Assembly: GCA_964187785.1 (NCBI GenBank) | Contig: OZ076409.1 | Coordinates: 48,920,001 to 48,984,000, forward strand | Direction of reading: 5' to 3' | DNA length: 64,000 nucleotides | Origin: Amphiscolops sp. MND2022 | Lineage: Eukaryota | In this document: one piece after another, positions 17,301 to 29,514 of the stretch | Numbering within the stretch: position 1 is the stretch's first letter | How the letters are laid out: the number at the start of each line of letters is the position of its first letter | Position numbers and translations under genes: made by a program | Notes under the pieces: model-generated | The model's input: the letters and a program-made list of their open reading frames with translations, nothing else | What the model was told of the DNA's origin: nothing | The model's database searches: none

Positions 17301-18715
17301 CCGCCTTAGCCAAGCTGCTACAACGAAAAGACGCTCAGGATTATCCCGCTCACCTGGAGCGCATGACAACTTCGTTATATCACTGGATATACTGCAGTCT
17401 GGTCTTTGCCTCGGGACTTTTCGTGGGCGTAGATAAGCACCAACCATTATATGACGGACGTCAGCTGGTGACCGAGGTAGCTGGATTTCTGACACCTAAC
17501 CAGCTGGCAGATTTCACTTTGGCTGAAGTCGAAGACCTTGTACCGGTGTTAGCACCCGTGCTAACTCCGATATTTGGCCCAACCGGGATACTTCGCTATC
17601 CCACCAAGCCTCTGCGACTCGCCTGGGAGACACCAACAGTATCCATTCTGACTTTTCTGAAGAATGTAAAACCGTACAACTATCAGCAGATGCTTGAACG
17701 CGGGCTGTTCCTGCTAATACCCCGCATGTCTACCACCATAAAGAACGAAACGCAGCAGGACGAAAACCTGGCCGGCATTCTCAAAGCCCGGACAAAGAAG
17801 GCGTGCCCTTTACCTCGCGAATACGGCCCGGTGAATTGGTACAATTCGCCCCTAGATCACCATGGAATCCCACAGCGATTCAATTGGAGTTTCGCACACC
17901 TCAGGAAGTACGTGACCGAATGCGTACAAGCCATGGGCGGTCACACAAACCAGGGGTATAATTTTCAGAAGATCAAGCTTCCAGCCAGGTACTGGCGAGG
18001 ACCCATCGGCTATGCGCGGGCTAAGCCAATCAGCATGGTTGAGAAAGGCTTTCATGAGCAGTACGCCTATCGCGATCACTACAAACTAGGCGTGTGGATG
18101 TGAAGGACCCTGGAGGAACGCCAAGGGCGCCTAAAAGTCTTGATCATCCCTCCACAGACAATGCCAGTTTGGAATCCAGAGGCGAGGGTCACTATGGGAA
18201 GCGACATGCCAGCGGAGACCTGCTACCATGTCATGGAACTGCTGAGTGATCCCCTCGGACCAGAATGGGAAGCCTCCAGGCAAATTATAGAACATGAAAA
18301 CAGGGACAACTGGTCCAGAGCCTGCGGGCTCTGGGGCCGACCTGATCTACGCCCGAAACTCAGTGCCAAGCAGAAACGACCCATTGCCACCCGCAATAGA
18401 CCGCTAGATCTACCACACCTGTTTAATGCCAGTAGATTGGATGTGCAGATCCCAACCTCCACGTCGACCACAAGTTCTGCCAATGTTAGCGGCTCAGCCA
18501 ATGCAGCGCAAGAACATTCGCCAGAAGTCTCAACTCCCGTAGCTGCAGAAAATGGCCCTAGTGGCTCAAACACGACTCCCAGGACCCATGAAACTGCCAG
18601 CGCCGAACCAAGGCCAGTCCTGCGAGAAGGAAATGTGCGAAGAGGATCCCTGTCCGAATCACAACCGAAAGCCGACGTCTCCCCCAGAGCGCGTCACTTA
18701 TCCGCCACCCAGTAA
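14345..18715 (+). CDS. Extra ORF3 in env position (about 1,456 codons, one internal TGA at 18101): Pro/Ser/Gln-rich N-terminus, SGNH-hydrolase-like domain, helical C-terminal region
   Basis: The 1252-aa ORF and the 18140-18715 ORF share a frame and are separated only by a single TGA. Both lie inside the LTR pair. No signal peptide is visible. Confidence 0.8.
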
Positions 18716-19721
18716 AACAAACCTAACATTATTGCCATTCTGTTTTAAACTTCAATAGTCCTGTGGTAAATGAACCTTTGCGAAACCTCATGGTTTCAAC
18801 CACTGTTGTTGCTAAACTTTGATTTTGGAAGTGCCAATTGGTCATGGGTAAAAACCTCCAAGTGGAGATGAAGCCCCCGGGCTTCATCCTCCTCATTATT
18901 CCGTTTTGGGACCGGCAACCCAACCATAAAACTACGCCTTTGCCTTGCCTTAGTTAAATGCAATATTCAATTTGCAATTTGTGTTTGCAGTTAGTGCTTT
19001 TTCAAGCTACCTTATGCTACCTTATGGATGCGCTGTGCGCACTCCGTGCTCTGAATTTTCGGTGCTATTACACCCTTTTAGTTACTAGTTATTGTTTACA
19101 CTGTTGCTATTGTCGAAAAAGACAAAAGGAAAAAAATGAAGGAAAAGGAAACAAAAGGAGAGAGATTAGAAATGGATAGAATAAAAAGATTGATGGACCT
19201 CGACCATTGTTTTTTCTTTGAGTTACCTGATAGGATTGAGAGTAAGTCTCGCAAAAGAAATTTTAAATTGACTGTACTTATTGGTTGATTTTATGGCAAC
19301 TGCTTATCAAAAGAACTTTTATCAAACGCCAAGCAGTGCGAAGCTCCCGAGCTTCGGAAAATAAATTTTGAACTGTCATGTGATGGTCGTTGACCTTAAA
19401 ACAAGTTTTAACACTAACGGCAATAAAAATTTTTTTGTATGAAAGGCCGAAAAGAAATTTTAACGCCTGAATTGCTCACGACAGGCTACAAAATGTAATA
19501 ACCTTGCCGTATAAGATTTGTATACGAAGTTGTATTGATTTGATCAAAATGCAGCAACGCTGGGTCAAAAACACTTCCACGAGGCCAACTTTACGACGTC
19601 CCAATGAACTGCCCAGCGCTACTTGATGTGCACTCTACCTCCTCAGTGGGACATAGATGACCCTGGGTAAAGACTCGATGATGCCAACCCACACTTGACG
19701 GGGACGTCAAGACTAGACCCC

Positions 19722-19731
19722 GGGGAGTGTA
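19722..19731 (+). promoter_or_regulatory. Short polypurine tract (GGGGAG + TGTA) before the 3' LTR
   Basis: Purine run immediately upstream of the 3' LTR, preceded by the hairpin CTTGACG-GGGA-CGTCAAG (19694-19711). Confidence 0.6.
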
Positions 19732-20465
19732 TGTAGCGATTACCTATCGAGTACACGATTTCAAAAATTTCGATGAAAATTTCGTTCAAAGGACTATATC
19801 CCCTCTACTGAAAAGTCATATTCCGCTGGACGGCAGCGTGTCTTTATTCAAGTACCTGCCCACAGAATTGAAGAGAATTTGAGCAAAAGACTCCGGGCAG
19901 ACCCCAACCGAACGAGAAGACTGCAGAAAAACACGGCCGCTGTCAGAAAAAGACTCAAATTTCTGTCAAAACGGACTGAACTTTGTTCTAGCCAGTGCTT
20001 TCTTCAGCGAAGCGTTACAAGACGCTGTGATTACCGAAAATGAGTCAATTGGCTTGACCAAGCATCCGTGCTTGTGTCCCCGGCTAATTGCTGCCTCAAA
20101 AGTGCTAATTATGTAGTAATTTTCGTATTTTCTTGTTGTAACAGCTCGTGAGCTACTTATTTCGATTTCCTGTGTAACTTCGAAAAAACTTGATTTTTCC
20201 TTTCCACCACTTGCATTTTTTAAAGGCTATCTAAGCGTTGGTTCCGAAGAAAAAGCGTAATGCGCGCTACTGTTAGCAATTACAGACTGGATCAGGCCGG
20301 CGAGCACTTCTTAAGAAGCGGAATCCTCCTCTGACGGGACATTTCTTACCCGAAGGAGGCAAAATGGACTCATGGCCATGGGCGCCTGTCCCGGGCAAAT
20401 ACCCATGCCATGTGTTCCTCCTGCTCTTATGGTTACGGCGACAATGGTGAGAGCTTGTCGTTACA
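19732..20465 (+). repeat. 3' LTR (734 bp)
   Basis: Direct repeat of 1220-1953. Confidence 0.97.
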
Positions 20466-20513
20466 TGTAGTTTGATGAAAAACGTCCGGAAGCTGTTCAG
20501 TCATCTCCAATGA

Positions 20514-20995
20514 TAGTCGACGCTTTTAGTTATCTACAACTGCCAGACTATTACAGTCTTTTTCCTTCGAGACAGACATAGCCTAAAAAACTAAGGAGCC
20601 TAATAAAACAGAAGCTTAAGAGTCCTTCATTTGAATTTTGCTTTTTCATCACTTTTTCATCACCTTCATGAAAACGTGCAGAGGTTCTTTTCTTGGATTT
20701 CTGGCACTGTGCTACTTTCTTCCCCCGAAAATTTTTCATTTCTTCAAAGGCTTTCTCCTTTAGTTTTTTGACATTTTGAGGTGAGAAAAGGCTCTTTTAA
20801 GCCCAAAAATGTTTGCGAGTTTTTTGATTTTTTTTGTTATTTGCTGTCAGGAAAAAGCTCTTTTGAGCCCAAACTACTGTTTTTCAGCAATGTGAGATTT
20901 TTCAGAATTTTCATAAAAACAGCCTTTTAGAATATTTGAAAGACTTAGCAGTTTTTCAAGTCTTTCGGAGACGCCGACTTTAGACGTTCTCGTCC
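20514..20995 (-). mobile_element. Helentron/DINE-1-like non-autonomous element, diverged copy
   Basis: Reverse complements of the family 5' end (GACGAGAACGTCTAAAGTCGGCG) and 3' end (GACTGTAATAGTC...AAAAGCGTCGACTA). Confidence 0.6.
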
Positions 20996-21029
20996 TATAC
21001 TATTATAATGGCAATAAATTACAACTTAC

Positions 21030-21368
21030 TCGTTTCTTGGCAGGAAAAAATGCCGACTGTGTGTTTATGGTAAGCTGAGCTTTCCTGATCTGGTTCATTG
21101 TCCGGCCCTCCAAAGTGTCTGTGATTCTCCGGGTCTGACCTTTGAACCCGCAAAAGCCCCGGGGGGTAGATGAGGGCCTTCACAATATGTCGAAACTTCA
21201 TCCTGAATCCCGCTTTCCAAGACTTCTCCACAAATAACTGCACGCATGGATGAGCAATGAATTCTTTGCAATCCACAAAAGCAGCAATGTCGACAACTCT
21301 GGTCGAAGAAAGATTCTCGATAGAACGAGCCAAAAGTCTCATTGCCACGCCTTCACATGTGTCCAGGG
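21030..21368 (-). CDS. TRPM-family channel exon (MHR4 / pre-S1 region)
   Basis: ALDTCEGVAMRLLARSIENLSSTRVVDIAAFVDCKEFIAHPCVQLFVEKSW matches the TRPM FIAH.C.Q.LL...W motif. TTTTAG acceptor, GTAAGT donor, phase 1-1. Confidence 0.88.
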
Positions 21369-22012
21369 CTAAAAATCCAGAGATTAGACCAATGCAGGTA
21401 GATTATTAACTAGCCACCAGAAACCTGGGATCCAACCCTGAGTTTTTTGGTTTCATGTCTTTACTTGAACACGAGTATTGAGTACCAGTGCAGACGCTTC
21501 ATGCATGAAAACACATGTTTTAAAAAAGTTTTTAAAAATTACCGAAAATAATTTAATACAAATTCTCGCCCCAGACAAAATCGCTGACATTACACAGTAA
21601 AAGTTCCCAAGTCATAAAAGCCCGAATCAAAAGCGACGGGTGGTTTGAAAACTCTTTTTCCACAACCATTGTTGAATTTCGTCACTCCAATTAAATTAAT
21701 GTCAGTTTTCCTTTCTATCAAAATGCAATACCCATCAAGAAATTAGTTTATCTTTTTAAGAAGTGCCAAAATTAGCAGTTTAAGTGGTTTTTAATTATGA
21801 ATTAATAGTTGTGAAAATGCTACTTTGGGTATTACCACAGAAGTATTATATCCATTCGGCGCCTTCAAGTCGAGACGGAACAGTTTTACTCAAACTACAG
21901 TAATACACTTCGCGTTGGGGCGCCTTTGACTGGGGCGCTTTTGTCTGTAAACGAATATATCGACCTCAAGATTAAAAAGAAAATACTTATCGAAACTTCC
22001 TAAACATCGGAC

Positions 22013-22527
22013 TGTAACGGCACCCTTTGGTGCAGCAAAATCAGTAGCGGAAACCCTATGTAGCGGAAACCGTTAAAATGAGTCTTTTTGCCTAAAAATC
22101 TTTGTTTGGTACTTGGAGCCCATGCTCCCCAGCTTGTAGCCATGTGGTCTGCCAGATTTATGCCTGCTTTGATGCATTTCCACTGTTTTTAGCTGTAATT
22201 ACCAGCCCGAGAGCTAGTTTTGGCAATTTTAGATACTATTCCGATGTCACCCTGGAACCGGAAATTCACCTTATTCTTGGCATTGTTTTTAATTGCTAGT
22301 TAAGTGGTGGTCTTTAGAGAGTCAGGAAGATGCCCGTTACTATTAGCAATCAAAGGATAGGACCGGTTGGACTGTATTCGTCGAAGCAACCACGGCCCCG
22401 TGGCGTATTTCACCCCTGGAGGAAAATGGATCTGTGGCGATCGCCTGTCCTAAGCGATTCACCCTTTCCTGCAGTTTCCTCCACCTCTGCTAACGCGTTA
22501 AGTGACCGATAACAGCTTGCCGTTACA
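22013..22527 (+). mobile_element. Solo LTR related to the giant element's LTR, internally deleted copy
   Basis: TGTAACGGCA...TGCCGTTACA ends. Similar to 24949-25433. Flanks GAC/AAC. Confidence 0.8.
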
Positions 22528-23650
22528 AACGTTCTATAATTATATTCATTCTAATCTGGAGGCTGATAATTTAGTGTACAGACAAAGCGCCCATTTTATA
22601 CAGTCATAATCTTCCGAGTCAGCGACTCAAAATATCGAAACTACAGCAAATCAGAAATACGAAAGTATCATGAAAAATCGCAAATATTGGGAGCATTGAA
22701 CATCGGAATGCCTATATTAACAACCCGTGTGATTTCATCCGCACGCTCATTTCAGAGATCAGGAGCTATGTATTTTTAGTATATTTAGCATATTTTTCAA
22801 ACAAACGCATTTGTAAACTAGATAAAAATCTGAGAAACTTTTACTTTTACCATTTTTCAAAATTCACTGCCGTTTGTGAGATATTCGATCTTGAGATTTA
22901 CCTCATGTTGCTTTTTGCAGAATCACTACTGTACTGTGCTGTTTACTCAAATTTGATATTGCCAACACTTCCGAATCTAATGGTCAATTAAATTCGCCAG
23001 ACATGGGCGTGGTTTGCATCGATATCAGCTGAAAATGCCTATTTTGAATCCAAATTATGGGCGGGATTTTTTCGTGCGAACTTTAGAACAAAGGCTTACT
23101 TAACAAAGACGTTGCATCAAAATTATAGAAAAAAATGTCAATGTTGCTAAAAATACGATTACTAAAACTACTATACCGCTGTGTACTTCAAATTACACTC
23201 TCTGTAATGTCTCATCAATTGTAATTTTTGTTGAAAATCCGAGGCAACGAGTAAGTTCACAATTCAGACTCATACTAACAAGTAATCGAGAAATAGTGTT
23301 AAAACTATTTTTCTCGAAGTTCATTTGTGAAATAAATTGAACATATAGCAGGTATGTGTACATCAAACGTTAAAACGATTAAATTGATTTTCATTCTGAT
23401 CAAATCAAGTTCAGAAAATTAATTTCTGGGTTTACTTGAATTGAAATGTACCATGAATGACGTTCACACCTTCAAGCTTCTATGCCGTTCACTTCATCCT
23501 GCCTTTTGTAGGAACATAAAACGCTAAATTGCTAATAAAACTAACAAAAATGCCTATGATTTACCAATACAACACTGAAAGTTTCAAGTAAAGCAAACCT
23601 ACCCTACTGCAAAAGTTAGGCGACATTATCAAATATATCAAGAACAATAC

Positions 23651-23875
23651 CTTTGGAGAGCAGGTTCACAGAGTGTTTGACAAAAGTGCGTTCGATCTCT
23701 ACAAAACTTTTCTTGATGGCCTTTTCGTCTGCGGAGAGGTAGGAGCAGCAGGACTTTGCCAGCGCTGGGGCCATGAGAGCCAGTGCTAAGGGGGTCCGAC
23801 TCACCCGCCAGAACATCTCAGCCGTGTCCAGACGCGCAGCAAACACAGCCCATATGAACAATTCACGAGCCGGGT
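23651..23875 (-). CDS. TRPM-family channel exon (MHR4)
   Basis: DPARELFIWAVFAARLDTAEMFWRVSRTPLALALMA matches TRPM P..ELFLWAVL..R..MA..FW......ALA. AG/GT boundaries, phase 1-1. Confidence 0.9.
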
Positions 23876-24239
23876 CTAAAACGAACAAGTTCCTTGTTGT
23901 ATATTCATCATTAACAATCAGTACCCCATATCAGCAATCCAACGCTGCAAGAAATTTCATGCGTGCAAGATTATGGAAAATCAGAATCATAGCCAATAAT
24001 GGAAACCTGCATAATGTAGAACATTTGGTAAGAGCAAAAAAAGTTTTTTGAGGCTGATTTTATGATTAACCATGGTTTTCATCAGCGGTCACATGTCAGA
24101 ATTCTATTAATCCATAAAATGTTTCGAAATTAAGAATTCTGAGAATGGAATGGTATGATACGCTTGGCACGATCATGCAAGCATTGGTAAAATCATGTCA
24201 GGTCATAGTAACATCTTTGACAATGAGTTTCCATGGATC

Positions 24240-25615
24240 CGGGAACGGCCCAAGTCGGTGCCATATCTAAGGCTCAAAAAAGCAAAAGGACTTCAAAGTG
24301 TCAAAGTATTCTCTTTTACAGTACCCAAAAAACCCAAAAGTTGGACCGAATTGGCGCGCCAGGGGGAACGTTTTGAGATTTTTCCCCATTCTGTCGCAAA
24401 CCATCGGCATTTTTTTGGATTTTGTAACATCCATTGTTGCAAAACATCAAAAAATTGAAGGGGGACCCTTTGGGGAAAATTTTTTACGAAAAAAAGTCTC
24501 ACAACGCCAAAGAAAACTGAAAGGGGGACCCTTTGGGATTTTCAACGTCCATTCTGTTGCAAAAATGAAAGGGCCATTTGGAGAAAAATTTCAAAAAAAA
24601 GTCGCACAATTCCGAAAAAAAACTGGAAGTGGTGACCATTTAGTCTCGTCCGGTATTGTATGTAACGGCAAGCTCTGGTACAGCAATATCAACCGATTTT
24701 GCAACTTTGACATGTTCAGAAATTTTGTCAAAAATTCTAATCCGATGTGTGACGTGGCACTGAGCATGTGATTGCTCTTTTCGCTGTTTCCACGAAATTG
24801 ACAGGTACTTCGACAACAAAGAGCAAGAACGAGCAAAAACACGGGCGCGCCGCCATGACAGAAGCCAGAGACGGCAAGAACATCCGAAAATAGACTCTTT
24901 TTGAGGTGCTAACACCGGTTTTATCGATTTTCAGCATTATGCTACCTTATGTAGCGGAAACCGTAAAAATGAGTCTTTTCGCCTAATTGTCCTTGTTTGG
25001 TGCTTGGAGCCCCTGCGCCCCAGCTTTTTAGCTGTGTGGTTTGCCATATTCGTGCCTGTTTTCATGTATTTTCAGTGATTTTGGCTGTATTCAGTAGCGT
25101 TAGCGCTAGTTTAGATCTTATTCCCCAATTTTAGATCTTATTCACATGTCACCCTGGAACTGGAAATTTACCTTATTCTTGGCATTGTTTTTATATGCTA
25201 GTTAAGCGGTGGTCTTTAGAGAGTCAGAAAGATGCCCGTTACTATTAGCAATCAAAGACTAGGACCGGTTGGACAGTATTCGTCGAAGCACCCACGGCCC
25301 CGGGACGTATTTCACCCCTGGAGGCAAAATGGATCTGTGGCGATGGGCGCCTGTCCCGAGCGATTCACCCATTCCTGCAGGTTCCTCCACCTCTGTTAAC
25401 GTGTTAAGCGACCGATAACAGCTTGCCGTTACAGTATCTTACGCGGAAAGAAAGGAAAAACGTTTTTGGTTCAGTTTGCTGGGCCAACAGGTACATTTTG
25501 GCGACACCTTAAAAATTTGCAGAACTTTTAGTAGTACTATTTTGGTCACTTCATGTGTATCAAAAAAAAACACTGACAAAAAACTATGACTATAGTCGAC
25601 TCTTTTCTCAAGAAA
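24240..25615 (+). mobile_element. Helentron/DINE-1-like element split by the solo LTR at 24661-25433
   Basis: Starts CGGGAACGGCCCAAGTCGG and contains GGGGACCCTTTG repeats. Resumes at 25434, colinear with the intact copy at 57898-58399. Confidence 0.75.
24661..25433 (+). mobile_element. Solo LTR (773 bp) of a family related to the giant element
   Basis: Perfect 14-bp terminal inverted repeat TGTAACGGCAAGCT/AGCTTGCCGTTACA. GTA/GTA flanks. The last ~230 bp align to the 3' part of LTR 1220-1953. Confidence 0.85.
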
Positions 25616-26442
25616 AAAATTCGAAGATTATAAAGAACACTATACTTTCGGTGCAACCAGCCGATACTCAATCTAAAGGCTCATTTCACCCAACAACGAC
25701 TATTTCTACTCGTTTTCAATATAAAAATGTTTCAATCCACTGAAACAAATTTGCATGCTTTCCAGCTTTCTTCGAGCATATTTCAGCAGCCTTGTTATTG
25801 CTGGAAACGGCGGTCATTGCCCGGTTTGGGTAGTGATTCAGGTCGAGGCTTTTCTGACGCTGTTGCTGGCGACAGTTGTGCGATTGATAGTACAATTTAA
25901 TCAGTCTAAATAAACACCTTCAGGACTCTTCAGTCAAATTTTATACCTTGTTAACGGAAAATTGTCATGTCTAACATTGTAAATCTGCATAGATATTGAT
26001 TTTTGTTGACCTTCTTTCAGATTTGTTTTAACCAAATAGGATTTTATCAGATTTTTTTTGGGAACATGGCTCTCTTGATAAGATCTTACCATGGCAAAAT
26101 GAATACCATGGCAAAATGAATACCATGGCAAGAACTTGCCAAGATCTTACCAAGATATCCATGGAAGGTCAACCCGTGTAAATATAACTTTGCTACCTAT
26201 ACCCACAGATTATAAGGTCCTTTCAATGTCAAAAGAAACCTTTGAAGGTAAATGTAAATATTTGATGCAATATTTTCAAATGTATTTAAAGGTTTTCCTT
26301 CAATGACCTTTGATGGTGGTATACATTGTTGTATGTTTAGCGATACTTCCAGGTAAAATAGAAAAGGAGCTTTAGCTTAGTATTGCTACCAGTTGACAGG
26401 GAAATGTATGATATACGATTTATCAAGATCGATTGACTGGAG

Positions 26443-28848
26443 AGCGACTTAACATACGTTTGTTTAGCACATTGTGCATACATTTTAAAATCAAAAACGA
26501 AGAATGAAATGAAACAGAAATCGGATCTTTCAAATATCAACCATTTTCTTTATTTTTGTTCAGTTTTTGGATAAATTGTCAGGATATACGTATGAATTCA
26601 ACATCATAATTATCAGCGTCATAGTTCAAAAAAGTTTTCAGCCTTTTAAAAAAAGTTTATAGGCTCGAGTCCACAAGTGTGGGACGGAAAAAGTCCCGGT
26701 GCTCTACGGGTGTCTTCAACGAAAAAGAAATCGTGATGGATTTTGCTGATAATTTTAGCAGGACTAACCCTGAATATTTTAGGTACGAAAAATTTTACGG
26801 CATTCAGGATTACCAGATCTCCAGTTCATCCACATGGTCCGATTACTTTACTGCCTAACTAAAATCGTTCAGTCAACCGTTTTACTTTCAGTTAACTTTT
26901 CACTGTTCGAACCATTCCCTACTGGGGAATTAAGTGAAAACATCCGAAGTTTCTTACATTCAAACTTACTAGGTAGCAACTCAAATGAGAAACTATAAAC
27001 CGGCTAAAAAGAAGAAAACTATTGTCGTATTAGGCGATAAATTTTGTGACTTTATAGCAACTCTAGTGGCAAACTTTTTTCGGCTTTGAAGCAAGCATGA
27101 AACGAAGCCGAAATTGATTTTCAGTATTCAGAAACTTTTATTTTACTCGTAAAAGTGGGGGGCGAATTATGTGCAAACACCTTTTGCGGTGTGATGTCAA
27201 AGGTTACAGATACTTCACCCTATTTTTCACTATTCACTAAATATCGACTGGTAAATCTCGTTGAGAGTAGAATAATCAGTTGCTTGTGGGCGCGTATCAC
27301 TTCCAAGAAAGCGCAGACTAAAGGTGCCTACAGCTTCGGCATACAAAGTAAAGGATGAAAGAATTGATGCCGTTGCAGGAACTGATTCAAATTTTTTAGA
27401 AGATAAAACACGTGAACAGTTTGATTGAATCGATTTTAAAATTGATTAGAACTAAAAATCGATCTTTGCGTGAAATATTTCACGTTTCAGTGACAAAAGA
27501 CAAAATACATTCTTCTATTAACAAAAAATGCAAGCTTGGAAAAGATCGACAAAAGAATCGATAACCACTGCTATTTCTCAAAGGTTTCACAGAGATGTCT
27601 CTAAGTTGATGTGAAACAACTGTCGATTATCGCAATTGCTGCAAACTAATGATGCTGTATACACTATGCAACAAAAGTAACCGTCGACGTTTTTACTAGG
27701 ATGATTTTCGAAGGTTTAAATTCACATCCTATTTTTTCAGCTATTACCATTCCAATGCCAGGTTCTTAAACTCGACAGTAATGTCGTCCTCAAATGAGGA
27801 CAGCGATTTTTTTCGCAATCAATAATAAATTACGACACGCAAAAAGCATAGAGGAAAACGAAAAATTGTCTTTCTTATCGACAATCTTCTATTGAACTAT
27901 CTGGTGTGAATTGTTATTTGTGTCAATATAGATTTTTTCCGAGCCACTGGCAAAAAAGTAACTGAAGAAAAGTGAAAAATTGCAATAAAGTACAATTCAA
28001 AAAATTCGTTTTTTCTCAATAACTGAACAACTGTTTGCTAAGTTACTGTCCCACTCTAGTAACACAGTTTGCCACCATTGAAATTGCACATAGAAGTTTT
28101 TTTTCAATGAAGCTTTAGTTATGAGTTCAACCGATATTTCAAAGGCCCGGCGTAGCCTATTTCAAGTGGCGCCGACTCGCGACCTAACAAGTGCGCATTT
28201 GAAAGCTTAGGTAAAGGGCTTTCAGGAACAGAAAACCGATTGGAGCTGCGGCTATTATTTGTGGAGAAATGAAGCTTTGAAAAACATTTTTGTCAATTTT
28301 TCGACTTCTCGGTAAACTGTCGAGGTTATGCTCTGAATCTCCTCTATCAAGTTTCCAAATGACGCTTCAGCGTCAGCAAAACATGAATCATCAAAACAGT
28401 TTGTAATGAACCTTTCAGTTCATAATATAGCTGAAATATATATGAAAAGTTCATTTCGAGTTGATTTGCTGATTCACGTTTTAATGGCGTGCTCGAACCG
28501 TAAAATTTTTGGTACCTAATATATTCAGGGTTAGTCCTGCTAAAATTATCAGCAAAATCCATCACGATTTCTTTTTCGTTAAAGACACCCGTAGAGCACC
28601 GGGACTTTTTCCGTCCCACACTTGTGGACTCGAGCCTATAAACTTTTTTTAAAAGGCTGAAAACTTTTTTGAACTATGACGCTGATAATTATGATGTTGA
28701 ATTCATACGTATATCCTGACAATTTATCCGAAAACTGAACAAGAAAATGGTTGATATTTGAAAGACCCGAATTCTGTTTCATTTCATTCTTCGTTTTTGA
28801 TTTTAAAATGTATGCACAATGTGCTAAACAAACGTATGTTAAGTCGCT
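26443..28848. repeat. Long inverted repeat pair (arms 26443-26800 and 28498-28848, about 355 bp) around a 1.7-kb spacer
   Basis: Arms are near-identical reverse complements (AGCGACTTAACATACG... / ...CGTATGTTAAGTCGCT). Confidence 0.9.
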
Positions 28849-29004
28849 TGTTTTTGCTGTTCATTTTTGCTATGGGTTTTACTCTCGGGAAATCAATAAA
28901 ATAATTAGTCACTTTTCTGTTCATTTTTAATCGTCGACTATAGCACTGGCTAGAAAAACAATTTAGGACCAACGAAGTGACAGGTTTTATAAGCTTTATA
29001 AGTT

Positions 29005-29262
29005 GTAACGTATACCGGATATAACGTTCCTTTGAGAAGTTTCAAAGCTGTAAAAAGTGCTTAGGTGTCCCCTTCGACAATAACACAACCCATACTGGAT
29101 TCAGCACACACCGGGTATAACAAATTCCGGATATAACGCATACCGGATAAAACGTTTTTGAGGAGATTTTTGCAATGTTACAAAAAGGACCCACTTTGGA
29201 TTTTTTGCGCAAACCTGATTTAATGCAAACCGGATATAACGAATTTCGGATATAACGTTTCT
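29005..29262 (+). repeat. Cluster of about six CCGGATATAACG-like motifs, likely a subterminal-repeat remnant of a DNA transposon
   Basis: Copies near 29015, 29111, 29127, 29143, 29230 and 29246. Confidence 0.55.
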
Positions 29263-29514
29263 CGTTTATTGAGTCTTATGCGAATCCCTTTGGGTATCTT
29301 TTGGCACTGTAAAAACGATGAAATTTTAACAATAGTGACCTTGTGCATATTAAAAAACTTTACTCTTTCGAACATTGATCGGGCAGCCGATTTGATCGTT
29401 CACGGCCTGTTTGAATCAATTGAAAAAATTTTTTGCCAAATACTCCAATTATTTTCTGGTTGAGGTATTTGGATCTTCTAATACACATGAAATTGTAGAA
29501 CAATATGACATAAC

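Larger units (their letters stand above)
1220..20465 (+). mobile_element. Giant (19,246 bp) Ty3/gypsy-type LTR retrotransposon, full length, with an extra ORF; antisense to the host TRPM gene
   Basis: Two 734-bp direct repeats (TGTAGCG...CGTTACA). Domain order is gag-PR-RT-RNaseH-IN. PBS-like and PPT-like sites are present. Flanked by TGT/TGT. Confidence 0.97.

Noticed and set aside
14345..18103. ORF3 as an envelope glycoprotein
   Set aside because: No signal peptide, no furin site plus fusion peptide, and no clear C-terminal anchor.
5366..18573. Antisense and alternative-frame ORFs overlapping gag-pol and ORF3
   Set aside because: Shadows of long coding frames with no recognisable motifs.
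25746..25905. Possible extra TRPM exon (LIKLYYQSHNCRQQQ...)
   Set aside because: Phase is incompatible, and the flanking exons already join into the conserved FQDPARELF motif.
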